DNA from: Candidatus Omnitrophota bacterium
GTDB taxonomy: Bacteria; Omnitrophota; Gorgyraeia; Gygaellales; Profunditerraquicolaceae
Length of the DNA stretch: 64,000 nucleotides
Assembly (NCBI GenBank): GCA_018825985.1
Contig: JAHKAP010000077.1
Location: 566 to 64,565 of the forward strand
Reading direction: 5' to 3'
Position numbers and translations under genes: made by a program. The notes below the pieces were generated by a model, which was not told the DNA's origin, did not search any database, and saw only the letters and a program-made list of their open reading frames with translations. This document shows, one piece after another, positions 27,651 to 37,144 of the stretch (its first letter is position 1; each line of letters begins with the position of its first letter).

Positions 27651-30263
27651 CTATTTCAAATAAACAGTTATATTATTTATCTTCTTTTTCAAAGCCTCTT
27701 TCTTAATTAAATATAAACCGCAGTTTAAAGGTATCTTTTCGCCTTCTACTATAACTTCTTTCACCTGATAGACCTTTTTTTTAGCGGCCCCCTTAATCAA
27801 AGTAATTCTAACAATCTTGTTATGGAAATTTAATTTGAGATCAATGCTCTGTTTAAAAAAGTTAGCCGGGATTAATTTAGGGTCAATACATAGATCTCCT
27901 AAAATAAACCTCACCCCTAATACTTCCTCCAGGAGAGTATAAATATACCAACTGGCTGATCCGGTGAGATAAGAATACAGGCCTCTTCCCTGGCCGTTAA
28001 AATACTCCGGAATAACCGGGCCGATCCTGGCTTCATCCCGAATAGCCATATTATAAATCGAATTTATGGCTTCAAAACCTTCTTCAACAAGGCCCTGTTT
28101 ATATAAAGCGTTGGATAGCATTACAACCATATGATTAAAGAATGCTCCATTCTCCTTATCTCCGTAAACAAATCCAAAAGCCCGGCCCAGATCCATATAA
28201 ACCTGGCCAAAATCCGTATTCAGTCTAAAACCTCCCAGCTTCTTATCCATTAGATGTTTTTTGATTGCTTTCCAGACTTTCTTAGCCTGTTCCTTGCTGG
28301 CGACTCGGCTCATTAAAGCAAGCACCTGAGAAGTAAGCATCATTCTGACCCCGCCCTTAATCCTGCCTTCAGAGCGCTCGGCTGAATTATCATAATATCC
28401 GTTAAAGAAACCCAAAGCCAACCACTCTTTTTTGCTTAACCATGAAGATAGGTGTGCGGATTTATTTTTTAAATCAGATATCAGGCTGTCAATATTTACC
28501 CTGGTTTTTTTCCCGCCCATATTCTTAACCCGGCTAAAGTATTCTCCCAGCCTTGTTTGTTTTTCTTTATAATTATTGTAATTTATCGGCCTTCCTATTC
28601 TATCTAACAACAGGATCAACTCTTCAAACAGCCATACACTATTGGTCTTCTTTTTCAGCGCTTCCAGAAAAATACAAATATCCTTTAAATTATGGGCGTA
28701 CATAAAACTAAAAGCCACACTCTCGCCATTTTCCGCTGCCATATCCAGGCCATCGTTCCAATCAGCATTCTCCAGGCGAATAATATTGTGTGACCCGACA
28801 TTAAAGAATTGGACCAAATGCTGGACTAGGATATGTTCTAAAATACTACCCTGGTATATCCCTTTACCCGGTGAGCGCAATAAATAGTCTTTCTGGGTTG
28901 GGCCTGGAATAATCTCTTTGGCCCGGGAAAACTGATGATCGCTAAAATAAGTCGCTTCTTTTAAAAAAATATCCAGATCCCCGGTTTTATTCAGATAAAG
29001 CCTTAGGGTAAGGTATGGCCAGACGCCATGATCCATCCAAACTCGGTTTATCCGGTTACGGTCAGAGATAAACGAGCCCTCTTTGGTAATTATAGTGGCA
29101 TTAGAGCCGTCTACTCTGATCCCTTTAAAATTATTTAACAAGAATTCTCTCACTCTCGCATTATCCAATAAAAGAAGGCCTAAGGCATCCTGCCACAGGT
29201 CCCGCCACCCCCGGCCTCCCTTGCCGTAATCAAAATGAGGCAGAAAAGAACAGCCGAAAAGCTTTCTTAGGGCAGGCTGCAATTTTACCCAAAGCAGCCA
29301 ACCGTTAAAATTCTTGTCCTTAAAATCAAATTCCAGGGCGCTTAAAACCCCCAGCCAATATTTACTGGTTTTTAGAAAAATATCGTTTATTTTTTTGGGC
29401 GAATCAAGCCTGGAAAATATTTTTTTGGGTTCTTTTGGATCATCTGAGAGTCCCATAACAAAAAAATATTCCTTCTCCTGCCCCGGTTTTAATACCGCTT
29501 CCTTAAATCTTAAGGCGGCGCAGGACTCTTTACCGTCAAGGCAAGGAAGTTTTTTATTTAGCGGCGGCAGATCCTTGGTTATGGCCTGCGGTGAGCACAA
29601 ATCTCCTTCGCCGTAAAAATAATCCAGGCTCGGATACTGGCCTATTGGAGCAATTTTGTCGCTTTCAAAGCCTAAAACAAAATATTGGGTTTTATTAAGG
29701 GTATGCCCTTTTTCGTCAAAGACCATAGATGGCTTTACCAATATGCCATACTTATCCAGATGAATACGGTTGAGCAGAGAACTGACATGGCGATGATCTC
29801 TTAAGTTTTTCTCTGACCGGGCATAAATAGGAATAAATGAGGTAGGGATTATCTTTAAAGGCTTGTGGGTATTATTCTTAATTCTGACCCGCATTACTTC
29901 CGCTGCCAGATTATAAGGAACAAAATTTAAAACCTCTATTTTTAAGGTCTTAGTCTTTTTTATAACCTTTTGATATAAAAAACCGACTTCAAGAATATCG
30001 TCATAAGAAGAAGACAGCCTGATGATCTCATTATTGGTTTTTATAAAGAAGTCCCTGCGGCACAATAGAGAACTGCGCAGGTCTTCAATGCTTGCCGGAG
30101 GAGTGAGAAAATGATCATTATCTTTCTTGATATCTCCGGATAAATTAGGGCTGATTGAACAAAATAAGCTGCCGTATTTATTGGTTAGCGGAAAATAGAG
30201 GTTATAGCGATGAGGCGATTTGACCCTGAAGGTACCCTGATCATCGATAAATTCATAGATCAT
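27651..30263 (-). CDS. GH94/GT36-like glycoside phosphorylase family protein
   Basis: An 870-aa protein. The N-terminus YEFIDDQGTFRVKSPHRYNLYFPLTN resembles cellobiose/chitobiose phosphorylases, and a central ENADWNDGLD matches the GH94 catalytic Asp region. Confidence 0.5.
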   Translation of the reverse strand: MIYEFIDDQGTFRVKSPHRYNLYFPLTNKYGSLFCSISPNLSGDIKKDNDHFLTPPASIEDLRSSLLCRRDFFIKTNNEIIRLSSSYDDILEVGFLYQKVIKKTKTLKIEVLNFVPYNLAAEVMRVRIKNNTHKPLKIIPTSFIPIYARSEKNLRDHRHVSSLLNRIHLDKYGILVKPSMVFDEKGHTLNKTQYFVLGFESDKIAPIGQYPSLDYFYGEGDLCSPQAITKDLPPLNKKLPCLDGKESCAALRFKEAVLKPGQEKEYFFVMGLSDDPKEPKKIFSRLDSPKKINDIFLKTSKYWLGVLSALEFDFKDKNFNGWLLWVKLQPALRKLFGCSFLPHFDYGKGGRGWRDLWQDALGLLLLDNARVREFLLNNFKGIRVDGSNATIITKEGSFISDRNRINRVWMDHGVWPYLTLRLYLNKTGDLDIFLKEATYFSDHQFSRAKEIIPGPTQKDYLLRSPGKGIYQGSILEHILVQHLVQFFNVGSHNIIRLENADWNDGLDMAAENGESVAFSFMYAHNLKDICIFLEALKKKTNSVWLFEELILLLDRIGRPINYNNYKEKQTRLGEYFSRVKNMGGKKTRVNIDSLISDLKNKSAHLSSWLSKKEWLALGFFNGYYDNSAERSEGRIKGGVRMMLTSQVLALMSRVASKEQAKKVWKAIKKHLMDKKLGGFRLNTDFGQVYMDLGRAFGFVYGDKENGAFFNHMVVMLSNALYKQGLVEEGFEAINSIYNMAIRDEARIGPVIPEYFNGQGRGLYSYLTGSASWYIYTLLEEVLGVRFILGDLCIDPKLIPANFFKQSIDLKLNFHNKIVRITLIKGAAKKKVYQVKEVIVEGEKIPLNCGLYLIKKEALKKKINNITVYLK

Positions 30264-30279
30264 CCGACAAAACCTTATA

Positions 30280-30334
30280 TGATAATCCCGCCCTTTTGGA
30301 TTAATTTAAAGATCATAAATCTCCAAAAGGGCGG
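30280..30334. other. 14-bp perfect inverted repeat (cccgcccttttgga / tccaaaagggcggg) with 21-nt loop
   Basis: Read directly from sequence between the convergent ends of the GH94-like gene and a membrane-protein gene. No clear U-tract follows. Confidence 0.4.
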
Positions 30335-30360
30335 GACTAAACGAAAACCTAAAAAATGTT

Positions 30361-31041
30361 TTATTTCTTGGATTTCATTTTATCGAGCAGATCCGACATA
30401 AATTTCCCAGCCAGATCCTTGCAGCCTAAACCAAAGGCTATAGCCAAAGCCAGGCCAAAAGAAGCCAAAATCACGCTGATAGACAACTCAATTATCCTAG
30501 CTCCGATATTCAACTGTTCTAAAGTGATAATTATCGCGAAAACAACGACTGCCGCTTCAACTAATTTTGCCAAAAACTTAGCCTGGTATAATCCGGCGTT
30601 ATTGGCCGCAGTCTGAACTATATTACGCAGAAGTGTAGCCGCAAACATACCAAAGATCAAAATGAATATGGCAGCGATAACATTCGGTATATAAAGGACT
30701 ACCCGATTTAACAGTTCCGCGGCAATAGTCAGGCCGATCGAGTTGATCGCTATCACCATAGCCACTAAAAGCGTAAGCCAATAGCATATCACCCCGAGCA
30801 TCTCTGATAAGCTATAATTTATCCCGCCCTTAGCCAGTAGACTGTTTAATTCGATCCGGTCAGAAAGTTCATCAAGCTTGATCATCTTTAATACTTTCAC
30901 TACCAAAGACTTAATGAATTTGGCGATAATCCATCCAAGAATTAAAATGATAATCACTAAAAGCAGATTACTTAAAAACTGTCCGATTTGCGAAATTAAT
31001 GTTTTAGTCGGTTCGATTAAAACTAATTGCCAACCACTCAT
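30361..31041 (-). CDS. membrane protein with conserved-TM-helix (MscS N-terminal-like) repeats
   Basis: A 226-aa protein with two similar hydrophobic repeat units. The family assignment is tentative. Confidence 0.3.
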   Translation of the reverse strand: MSGWQLVLIEPTKTLISQIGQFLSNLLLVIIILILGWIIAKFIKSLVVKVLKMIKLDELSDRIELNSLLAKGGINYSLSEMLGVICYWLTLLVAMVIAINSIGLTIAAELLNRVVLYIPNVIAAIFILIFGMFAATLLRNIVQTAANNAGLYQAKFLAKLVEAAVVVFAIIITLEQLNIGARIIELSISVILASFGLALAIAFGLGCKDLAGKFMSDLLDKMKSKK

Positions 31042-31239
31042 CCGCCACCTCCTTTTTTTATTATAGCCGCGCTAGAATTCAACGCGCTATCAATTTAGTT
31101 TTATCATAAGTACCATATTATGTCAACCTAAAATCTAAAAAAGCCATGTTAAGAAAAAACCTGTGATCAATATTATATAACCTCATATAAAATGAGGATT
31201 TGTATTGATCTTGTTTAGCGCAAATTCGCTGCAGAATGT

Positions 31240-32634
31240 TTATTTTGCCAATTCTATAACCCGCCAGCTTGAGGCATGATAAGGCAGGGTTCTGTTGCGG
31301 GCTTTGATCCGGCTCAATATATAGTCCGGGTTATCCAGGCTGGCAAGAGGAACCCTGACGATCAGATTCCGGCCTTCATAAAAAACTCGAAGATTCTTGA
31401 TAAATATGGTCTGTTTTTTATCTTTGACCCGGGTGCCAAGTATGCCTAAAGTTATTTTCAATTTCGGCATCAGTTTAAAATCTGTATTCCTGCTATAACC
31501 TAAAAGAAATATGGATATGCCCCGGCCTCGATCAACCTTTCTTCTAAGCTTGAATTTTATGATCAGTTCCCTGCTTTTTAAAGCGTAATATACCGCGGTG
31601 ATCGGACTTTTATTGGCCCTTGACGGCGGAAGCGCGTACTCTTCCACATCCTGCAGATAATCATCAGAGATCAATTCTTTCCATTTTATTTCCGGGGTAT
31701 CCTCATTTTTTAAGAGCAGGTCCGGATAATCACCGAATAATTCTTTCTTGCGGCAGAAAGTAAATAGATAAGGCGGGTTATATTCTATCTGGCTCTGGTA
31801 GGAACTGATGGCTTTATGTTTGTTTTCGATTTCCTGAGGGGTTAAAGAATAATCCTGCCAAGGCGCATCCTCCAGTTTCGGAGGCGGAACCAATTCCATT
31901 TCCGGATGAAAACCCCGGGGTTTGGGCCAGCCGACTACATGGATTATATAAGGAAAAACCTGGGGGTTGACATGCAGATTGTGACTGTTTAAATCCCATA
32001 AAACTATTCTTAAAAACAAATATAGCGCCTGGTGGTCGCGATTAGCATCTCCGGGGTGGGAGACAAAGATCTTATTCGGCTTAAAATCCAGGATAATATT
32101 TTTTATATCTTTGACTATGCTTTCGCCTGTATAAGGAGCGCCAACAGAGAGGGCGTCCTCATAAGAAACCTTATCTACTCTGGTTAACATACTTTTAAAA
32201 GGTTTGGTATCCCCCCAATATTTAGTCAGGATCTCCATCGTCCCCCAATCAGGATAACCCAAGAATATAATATCTTCCCTTTTTAAGCCTAAAGAGGCCA
32301 TTGCCCCGATAGTCTCCCGGCTCCTGACCCGGCCCATATGTAAAAACTCATTTTTTTTAAAAGTTAGGCGTTTTTCATAAACAATAAAAGCCAGTTCATT
32401 ATTATCGCCATTAGTAAAACAAACTACCTTGACCTTGGCCCCTTTAGACAGGGCCTCTTGAATAACCCCGGCAGTGCCGATCGACTCATCATCGGGATGA
32501 GGGGCAAAAACAATAACCCTGTCATCTTGAGTAAAAGATGGGATTGGCCAAATGCTATCGGCAAAGCCAGTCCGTAAAAATAATAAGGTATAAAAGAAAA
32601 TACAGAGATTAATCAGGCGAGAGATATGGAGCAC
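31240..32634 (-). CDS. PIG-L/LmbE family N-acetylglucosaminyl deacetylase with C-terminal extension
   Basis: VIVFAPHPDDESIGTAGVI...CFTNGDNN zinc-binding motif after a signal peptide. 464 aa. Confidence 0.65.
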   Translation of the reverse strand: MLHISRLINLCIFFYTLLFLRTGFADSIWPIPSFTQDDRVIVFAPHPDDESIGTAGVIQEALSKGAKVKVVCFTNGDNNELAFIVYEKRLTFKKNEFLHMGRVRSRETIGAMASLGLKREDIIFLGYPDWGTMEILTKYWGDTKPFKSMLTRVDKVSYEDALSVGAPYTGESIVKDIKNIILDFKPNKIFVSHPGDANRDHQALYLFLRIVLWDLNSHNLHVNPQVFPYIIHVVGWPKPRGFHPEMELVPPPKLEDAPWQDYSLTPQEIENKHKAISSYQSQIEYNPPYLFTFCRKKELFGDYPDLLLKNEDTPEIKWKELISDDYLQDVEEYALPPSRANKSPITAVYYALKSRELIIKFKLRRKVDRGRGISIFLLGYSRNTDFKLMPKLKITLGILGTRVKDKKQTIFIKNLRVFYEGRNLIVRVPLASLDNPDYILSRIKARNRTLPYHASSWRVIELAK

Positions 32635-32643
32635 TTTTTTGTT

Positions 32644-34014
32644 TTAGGCGTCTTCCTGTAGGTAATCAATGAAAGCTTCGACGATCCGGGGGTCAAACTG
32701 GGTACTTTTATTCTCCTTTAGCACAGCTATGGCCTGATTTTTTGTAAAAGCTTTACGGTAAGGCCGGTCCGAAGTCATAGCATCATAGGCGTCCGATACT
32801 ATAACTATACTGGCTAATAAAGATACTTCATCTAATCTTAAGCCTCTGGGATAACCTTTTCCATCCGGGCGCTCATGGTGATCGCGGACTATTGTCAGGC
32901 CAGGCCTTAAGGTCTCTATATTTTCAAGTATCTCTTCGCCGATCTTAGGATGCATTTTGATAACCCGCCACTCTTCATCAGTAAGAGGCTCGGATTTATA
33001 TAATATCTTCTCCGGGATCCCGATCTTACCGATATCATGCAAAATACATATATCTTCCAATAATTTTAACTCCCGAGGAGGAAGCTTCAAATGCCGTGCG
33101 ATATTGACCGCGTAAAAAGCCACCCTTTCTGAATGTCCTTTAGTATAGCCATCCTTGGCATCCAGGACCCGGGCCAAAGATTTTATAGTATCCAGATAAT
33201 GCTGCTGTAATTTATTCTGGGCGTTTTTCAATCCGTCATTCATCTTATTAAAAGCTGAGCCCAGCTCTTCCAATTCATCTCCGGATTTTACTTTGACTTT
33301 ATAATTAAAATTGCCTTTTTCCACTTCCTTAGTCCCTTTGATCAACAGGCGCAAAGGACTAGTTATGCCTCTTCCCACCAGCCAACCTAACAAAAAAGAA
33401 ACAATAATTGCCAGAATCAGGACCCCTAAAATACTCCTGGCTAAAGAAAGCTGCATCTGCCTTATTGACGCGGCCGAAACATCCAATCCCACAATCGCCA
33501 CAACTTCTCCGTTTTGATTACGGACCGGAGCGTATCCGGATAACCAGATGCCCCATTTGTCCGCAATCAGATCATCATCCGCAGCCGGACGGATAAAAGC
33601 TTCTTTCATCCGGGGCATATTGGTAACGTCATAACGCTCTCCGCAATAAGCAATAATATTATTTTTGTCGCCGGCGTCAACCAAAAATAACAAAACATTC
33701 TCCTTATTGCTCTTAATCATGGTATAAACATCATCGATGAGCGGATCAACTATTTTTATCTTCTGCAAAATTGATCTTATCTCTTTATAAGCTAAGGTAT
33801 CCTGGCTTTCCATCTCCGGCTTTATCTGAACGAGTTTATCGCCGTCGATAAGCAGGCTGGATAGTTTTGCCAGGTCGATGATACGTTGGCGTAGATTTTC
33901 TTTCTGCTGGATGACCGCTTTCTGATAGACAAAATAAGTGGTGGCTATCAAGATAATGGTCAGGGCAGAAATAAAAACCAAACTTAATTTTAGCTGAAAC
34001 CCTACTCGCTTCAT
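32644..34014 (-). CDS. HD-GYP domain c-di-GMP phosphodiesterase with periplasmic sensor and HAMP domains
   Basis: An N-terminal TM helix, a ~170-aa periplasmic domain, a second TM helix, a HAMP domain, then HDIGKIGIP ... HHERPDGKGYP. Confidence 0.8.
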   Translation of the reverse strand: MKRVGFQLKLSLVFISALTIILIATTYFVYQKAVIQQKENLRQRIIDLAKLSSLLIDGDKLVQIKPEMESQDTLAYKEIRSILQKIKIVDPLIDDVYTMIKSNKENVLLFLVDAGDKNNIIAYCGERYDVTNMPRMKEAFIRPAADDDLIADKWGIWLSGYAPVRNQNGEVVAIVGLDVSAASIRQMQLSLARSILGVLILAIIVSFLLGWLVGRGITSPLRLLIKGTKEVEKGNFNYKVKVKSGDELEELGSAFNKMNDGLKNAQNKLQQHYLDTIKSLARVLDAKDGYTKGHSERVAFYAVNIARHLKLPPRELKLLEDICILHDIGKIGIPEKILYKSEPLTDEEWRVIKMHPKIGEEILENIETLRPGLTIVRDHHERPDGKGYPRGLRLDEVSLLASIVIVSDAYDAMTSDRPYRKAFTKNQAIAVLKENKSTQFDPRIVEAFIDYLQEDA

Positions 34015-34085
34015 ATTATCTTTTGCCTATTTTTTAATCAGTTTGATCGAAAATCTATCTATATAAAAATAACTCCGTATTCTTT

Positions 34086-35426
34086 TTAAATCATAGGTAA
34101 GTATTTCAAGGCCTTCTTTATCTCATTAGAGGGATAGGAATAATTTTTAAGCTCTCCGGCTAGGAATTTATCATAAGAGGCCAGATCCAGAAAACCGTGG
34201 CCGCTAAAATTAAAAACAATGCACTTTTCTTTATTCTGCTTGGCAATATCAATAGCTACCTTTATAGCATGGGCGGTTTCCGGCGCAGGCACAATACCTT
34301 CGGCCCGGGCAAAGGTTATCGCTGCTTTAAAAATTTCCACCTGCTGACAGCTAAGGGCCTCAATAATTTTATGTTTATGCAGCGCGCTAACCAAAGGAGA
34401 GCAGCCATGGTAACGCAGGCCTCCGGCATGAATTCCCGGAGGGACAAATTTATGGCCCAAAGTGAACATCTTTAAAAGCGGGGTAAGACAAGCCTCATCG
34501 CCAAAATCATAACGATAAAGCCCTTTGGTCAAGCTGGGGCACGATGTTGGCTCAACCGCGATCATTTTAAAGTTATTGTTTTTAAGTTTATCTTTTATAA
34601 AAGGAAAAGCAAACCCTCCGAAATTGCTTCCTCCGCCTACACAGGCAACCAGATAATCCGGTTTTTCACCGGCTAATTTCAACTGTTTTTTAGTCTCCAG
34701 CCCGATCACGGTCTGATGTAATAATACATGATTTAAAACACTGCCTAATGCATAATTGGCTTTCTTATTCTTAGCCGCCTCTTCCACGGCCTCGGAAATT
34801 GCGATCCCCAGGCTCCCCTGGCAATGCGGATCTTCTTTCAAAACATTCCTTCCGGATTGGGTCAATTCCGAAGGAGAAGGAATAACCTCAGCGCCCCAAA
34901 TATGCATTAAAGATTTCCTGAATGGTTTTTGATGATAACTTACCTTAACCATATAAACCCGGCAGCCTAAAGAGAAAATATTACAGGCGAAACTTAAAGC
35001 GCTCCCCCATTGTCCGGCGCCGGTCTCGGTTACCAGCTGCTTTATCCCTTCTTTCTTATTATAATAGGCCTGGGCGACCGCGGTATTGGTCTTATGGCTT
35101 CCGGTAGGAGACACACTTTCGTCTTTATAATATATCCTGGACTTAGTCTTTAGTAATTTTTCCAGGTTCCTCGCCCTTCTTAAAGGAGTCGGCCGCCAGA
35201 GACGGTAAATATCCCGGACTTGAACAGGTATATCTATCCAGTGTTCTGAACTTACCTCTTGGTCGATTAAACCTATCGGGAAAATCGGCCTTAAGGCATC
35301 TTTTTCTAAAGGCTTGCCTGTGCCAGGATTGATAGGGGGAAATAACTTAAAAGGAAGATCCGCAGCTACATTATACCATTGATAAGGTATCTCCTTTTCC
35401 GAAAGACCGAACTTATAATCCCGCAT
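34086..35426 (-). CDS. trpB: tryptophan synthase beta chain, TrpB2-type
   Basis: PLP-lysine region [14 protein letters not shown], 446-aa length and N-terminal extension typical of TrpB2. No trpA is adjacent. Confidence 0.85.
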   Translation of the reverse strand: MRDYKFGLSEKEIPYQWYNVAADLPFKLFPPINPGTGKPLEKDALRPIFPIGLIDQEVSSEHWIDIPVQVRDIYRLWRPTPLRRARNLEKLLKTKSRIYYKDESVSPTGSHKTNTAVAQAYYNKKEGIKQLVTETGAGQWGSALSFACNIFSLGCRVYMVKVSYHQKPFRKSLMHIWGAEVIPSPSELTQSGRNVLKEDPHCQGSLGIAISEAVEEAAKNKKANYALGSVLNHVLLHQTVIGLETKKQLKLAGEKPDYLVACVGGGSNFGGFAFPFIKDKLKNNNFKMIAVEPTSCPSLTKGLYRYDFGDEACLTPLLKMFTLGHKFVPPGIHAGGLRYHGCSPLVSALHKHKIIEALSCQQVEIFKAAITFARAEGIVPAPETAHAIKVAIDIAKQNKEKCIVFNFSGHGFLDLASYDKFLAGELKNYSYPSNEIKKALKYLPMI

Positions 35427-35431
35427 TTATC

Positions 35432-35920
35432 CTATCCTTCTCTTTTGGCTAATTCCCTATCCAGCATGATCAAAGCGGCTCCTTCACCTTTGATCGCCCT
35501 TAAAGTCTCTAAGATCTTGGAGGGGCTTTTCTCTTCTTCAACCTGTTCATTAATGAACCAATGTAAGAATACCCTGCTGGCATGGTCGCCCACATCCAAA
35601 GATAAATCATATAACTTATTAATCATCGCCGTAACTTTTTTCTCGTGGCCAAGAGACTGTTCAAATATCTCTTTGGCTGAAGAAAAATCAACCGGCGGCT
35701 GAGCAATAGCCTGTAAAACCACTTTCACTCCCCGGTCATTCAGAAAATCAAATATCTTCATGGCGTGCTTTTCCTCTTCTTTGGCCTGAACTTTCATCCA
35801 ATGGGCAAAACCTTCTAAATTAACCGATTCAAACCAGGAAGCCATTGACAGATAGAGATAGGCTGAATAAAGTTCATTCTTGATCTGTTCATTTAACGCG
35901 CTATGCAATTTTTTATCCAT
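35432..35920 (-). CDS. ferritin-like iron storage protein
   Basis: Di-iron ligand pattern ...NEQIKNELYSAYLYLSMASW...EEEKHAMK.... 162 aa. Confidence 0.8.
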   Translation of the reverse strand: MDKKLHSALNEQIKNELYSAYLYLSMASWFESVNLEGFAHWMKVQAKEEEKHAMKIFDFLNDRGVKVVLQAIAQPPVDFSSAKEIFEQSLGHEKKVTAMINKLYDLSLDVGDHASRVFLHWFINEQVEEEKSPSKILETLRAIKGEGAALIMLDRELAKREG

Positions 35921-35968
35921 ATTCCCCCCCCTTTTTAGCTTTTTAAGCTATAATGTTTATTAGTGGTT

Positions 35969-35998
35969 ATTATACAATTTTTTAAGGATATTTTCAAT
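35969..35998 (-). promoter_or_regulatory. sigma70 promoter of ferritin gene (TTGAAA-N17-TATAAT)
   Basis: On the minus strand, TTGAAAatatccttaaaaaattgTATAAT, followed by a G-rich RBS (aaaggggggggg) and the ATG. A weak Fur-box-like element TAATAAACATTATAG lies between the -10 and the RBS. Confidence 0.5.
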
Positions 35999-36010
35999 GC
36001 TAAAATACCC

Positions 36011-36379
36011 TTAGTTTACAGATACCTCTTTGCTTTGCTCTCCGCCTTTATTACAATGCGCCCATATCGCCAATTTGTCGCTTTTTTTAAGCGATGGAAT
36101 AATGTAAACAACCGATTGCTTATCGTTATCAGTCTGGGTCTCTAATTGCTGTTCGATGACCTTAATGCCGTTTAGATCAACCTTAACTTCATAGATGTAG
36201 TGCTTAGCCGGGTCAGCCACAGAATGCAATATATCACATTTTACCTCAGAGCCTTGTATGCTCACCTTTATATCCGAAGGCGGATGGGAAAAAACCGGAG
36301 ATGATAAAAAAAGAGTGGAAATAGTCAAAAATACTAATTTACGCATTGCCTGCCCATTTGTAAAGAATATCTGATTCAA
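36011..36379 (-). CDS. small secreted hypothetical protein
   Basis: Signal peptide (MRKLVFLTISTLFLSSPVFS). No recognisable domain. Confidence 0.3.
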   Translation of the reverse strand: MNQIFFTNGQAMRKLVFLTISTLFLSSPVFSHPPSDIKVSIQGSEVKCDILHSVADPAKHYIYEVKVDLNGIKVIEQQLETQTDNDKQSVVYIIPSLKKSDKLAIWAHCNKGGEQSKEVSVN

Positions 36380-37098
36380 TATTCTTTAATATCTAAAGCA
36401 ATATTCCTGTCTATGAACTCGATTATTTTCTTTTGGTCCAGAGTATCCAGGTTATAAAATTCCAGGCCCATACCCGGGAAAAGATGCGGCTGGATATCTT
36501 TTTCTACCAGCCAGGCGACCTTAGCCTCTACCTCTATTATACCAGGTTTGGGCAAAAGCGAAATGACTAAATCCAAAAGTTCACCCGTAGGGTAAGTTTT
36601 TTCTTCGGTAAAAACCAAAACTCCTACCCCGCTTAGATTCAAAACCTTCCCCGAATGTAATTTATCTTCGGACTTGGATTTAAAGCTGATATCGATGCCT
36701 AAATCCAGGCGCTTAAACCTGCGGCGCAATTTCTTATTCTGGATCTCAGATATAGCCTTATCCTCTTCAAAGCTTTTTATGGCTGATTCCTCGTCTATAT
36801 AGATCTCAAAAACCCGGTCCATGCAGACCAGGGATAAAACCTTAGCCAGGTGCGCTGCTACGTTAGCGAATTTTATCCTGCCTTTATGATTTATTACATT
36901 CTTATAGGCTATGGTTAAAACCGATAACCCGGAGTAATCGATCAAATCAACATTCTCAAAATTACATAACAGGTCCTGGTATCCGTTATCCAGGCATAAA
37001 CCTATTTTCTCGATTAAAATCGAAGAGTCAATATCAATATTCCCGGATAGGTCCAATATAACCGCGGACTTAACTTGTCTTAAAGAAACAGTGAGCAT
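36376..37098 (-). CDS. STAS (anti-sigma-antagonist-like) domain fused to PilZ c-di-GMP-binding domain
   Basis: The N-terminal ~110 aa have the SpoIIAA/STAS fold pattern (VILDLSGNIDIDSS...DLIDYSGLSVL). The C-terminal part has the PilZ motifs RRRFKRLDL (RxxxR) and LNLSGVG (D/NxSxxG). 240 aa. Confidence 0.55.
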   Translation of the reverse strand: MLTVSLRQVKSAVILDLSGNIDIDSSILIEKIGLCLDNGYQDLLCNFENVDLIDYSGLSVLTIAYKNVINHKGRIKFANVAAHLAKVLSLVCMDRVFEIYIDEESAIKSFEEDKAISEIQNKKLRRRFKRLDLGIDISFKSKSEDKLHSGKVLNLSGVGVLVFTEEKTYPTGELLDLVISLLPKPGIIEVEAKVAWLVEKDIQPHLFPGMGLEFYNLDTLDQKKIIEFIDRNIALDIKEY

Positions 37099-37144
37099 AA
37101 TCCTCCTTCTAAAATTACAAGACTGCAGATTTTCGGATATTTTT

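Noticed and set aside
35925-35960. Fur box upstream of ferritin
   Set aside because: Only about 12-14 of 19 positions match the Fur consensus. It is mentioned as a weak possibility in the promoter feature, not called as a site.
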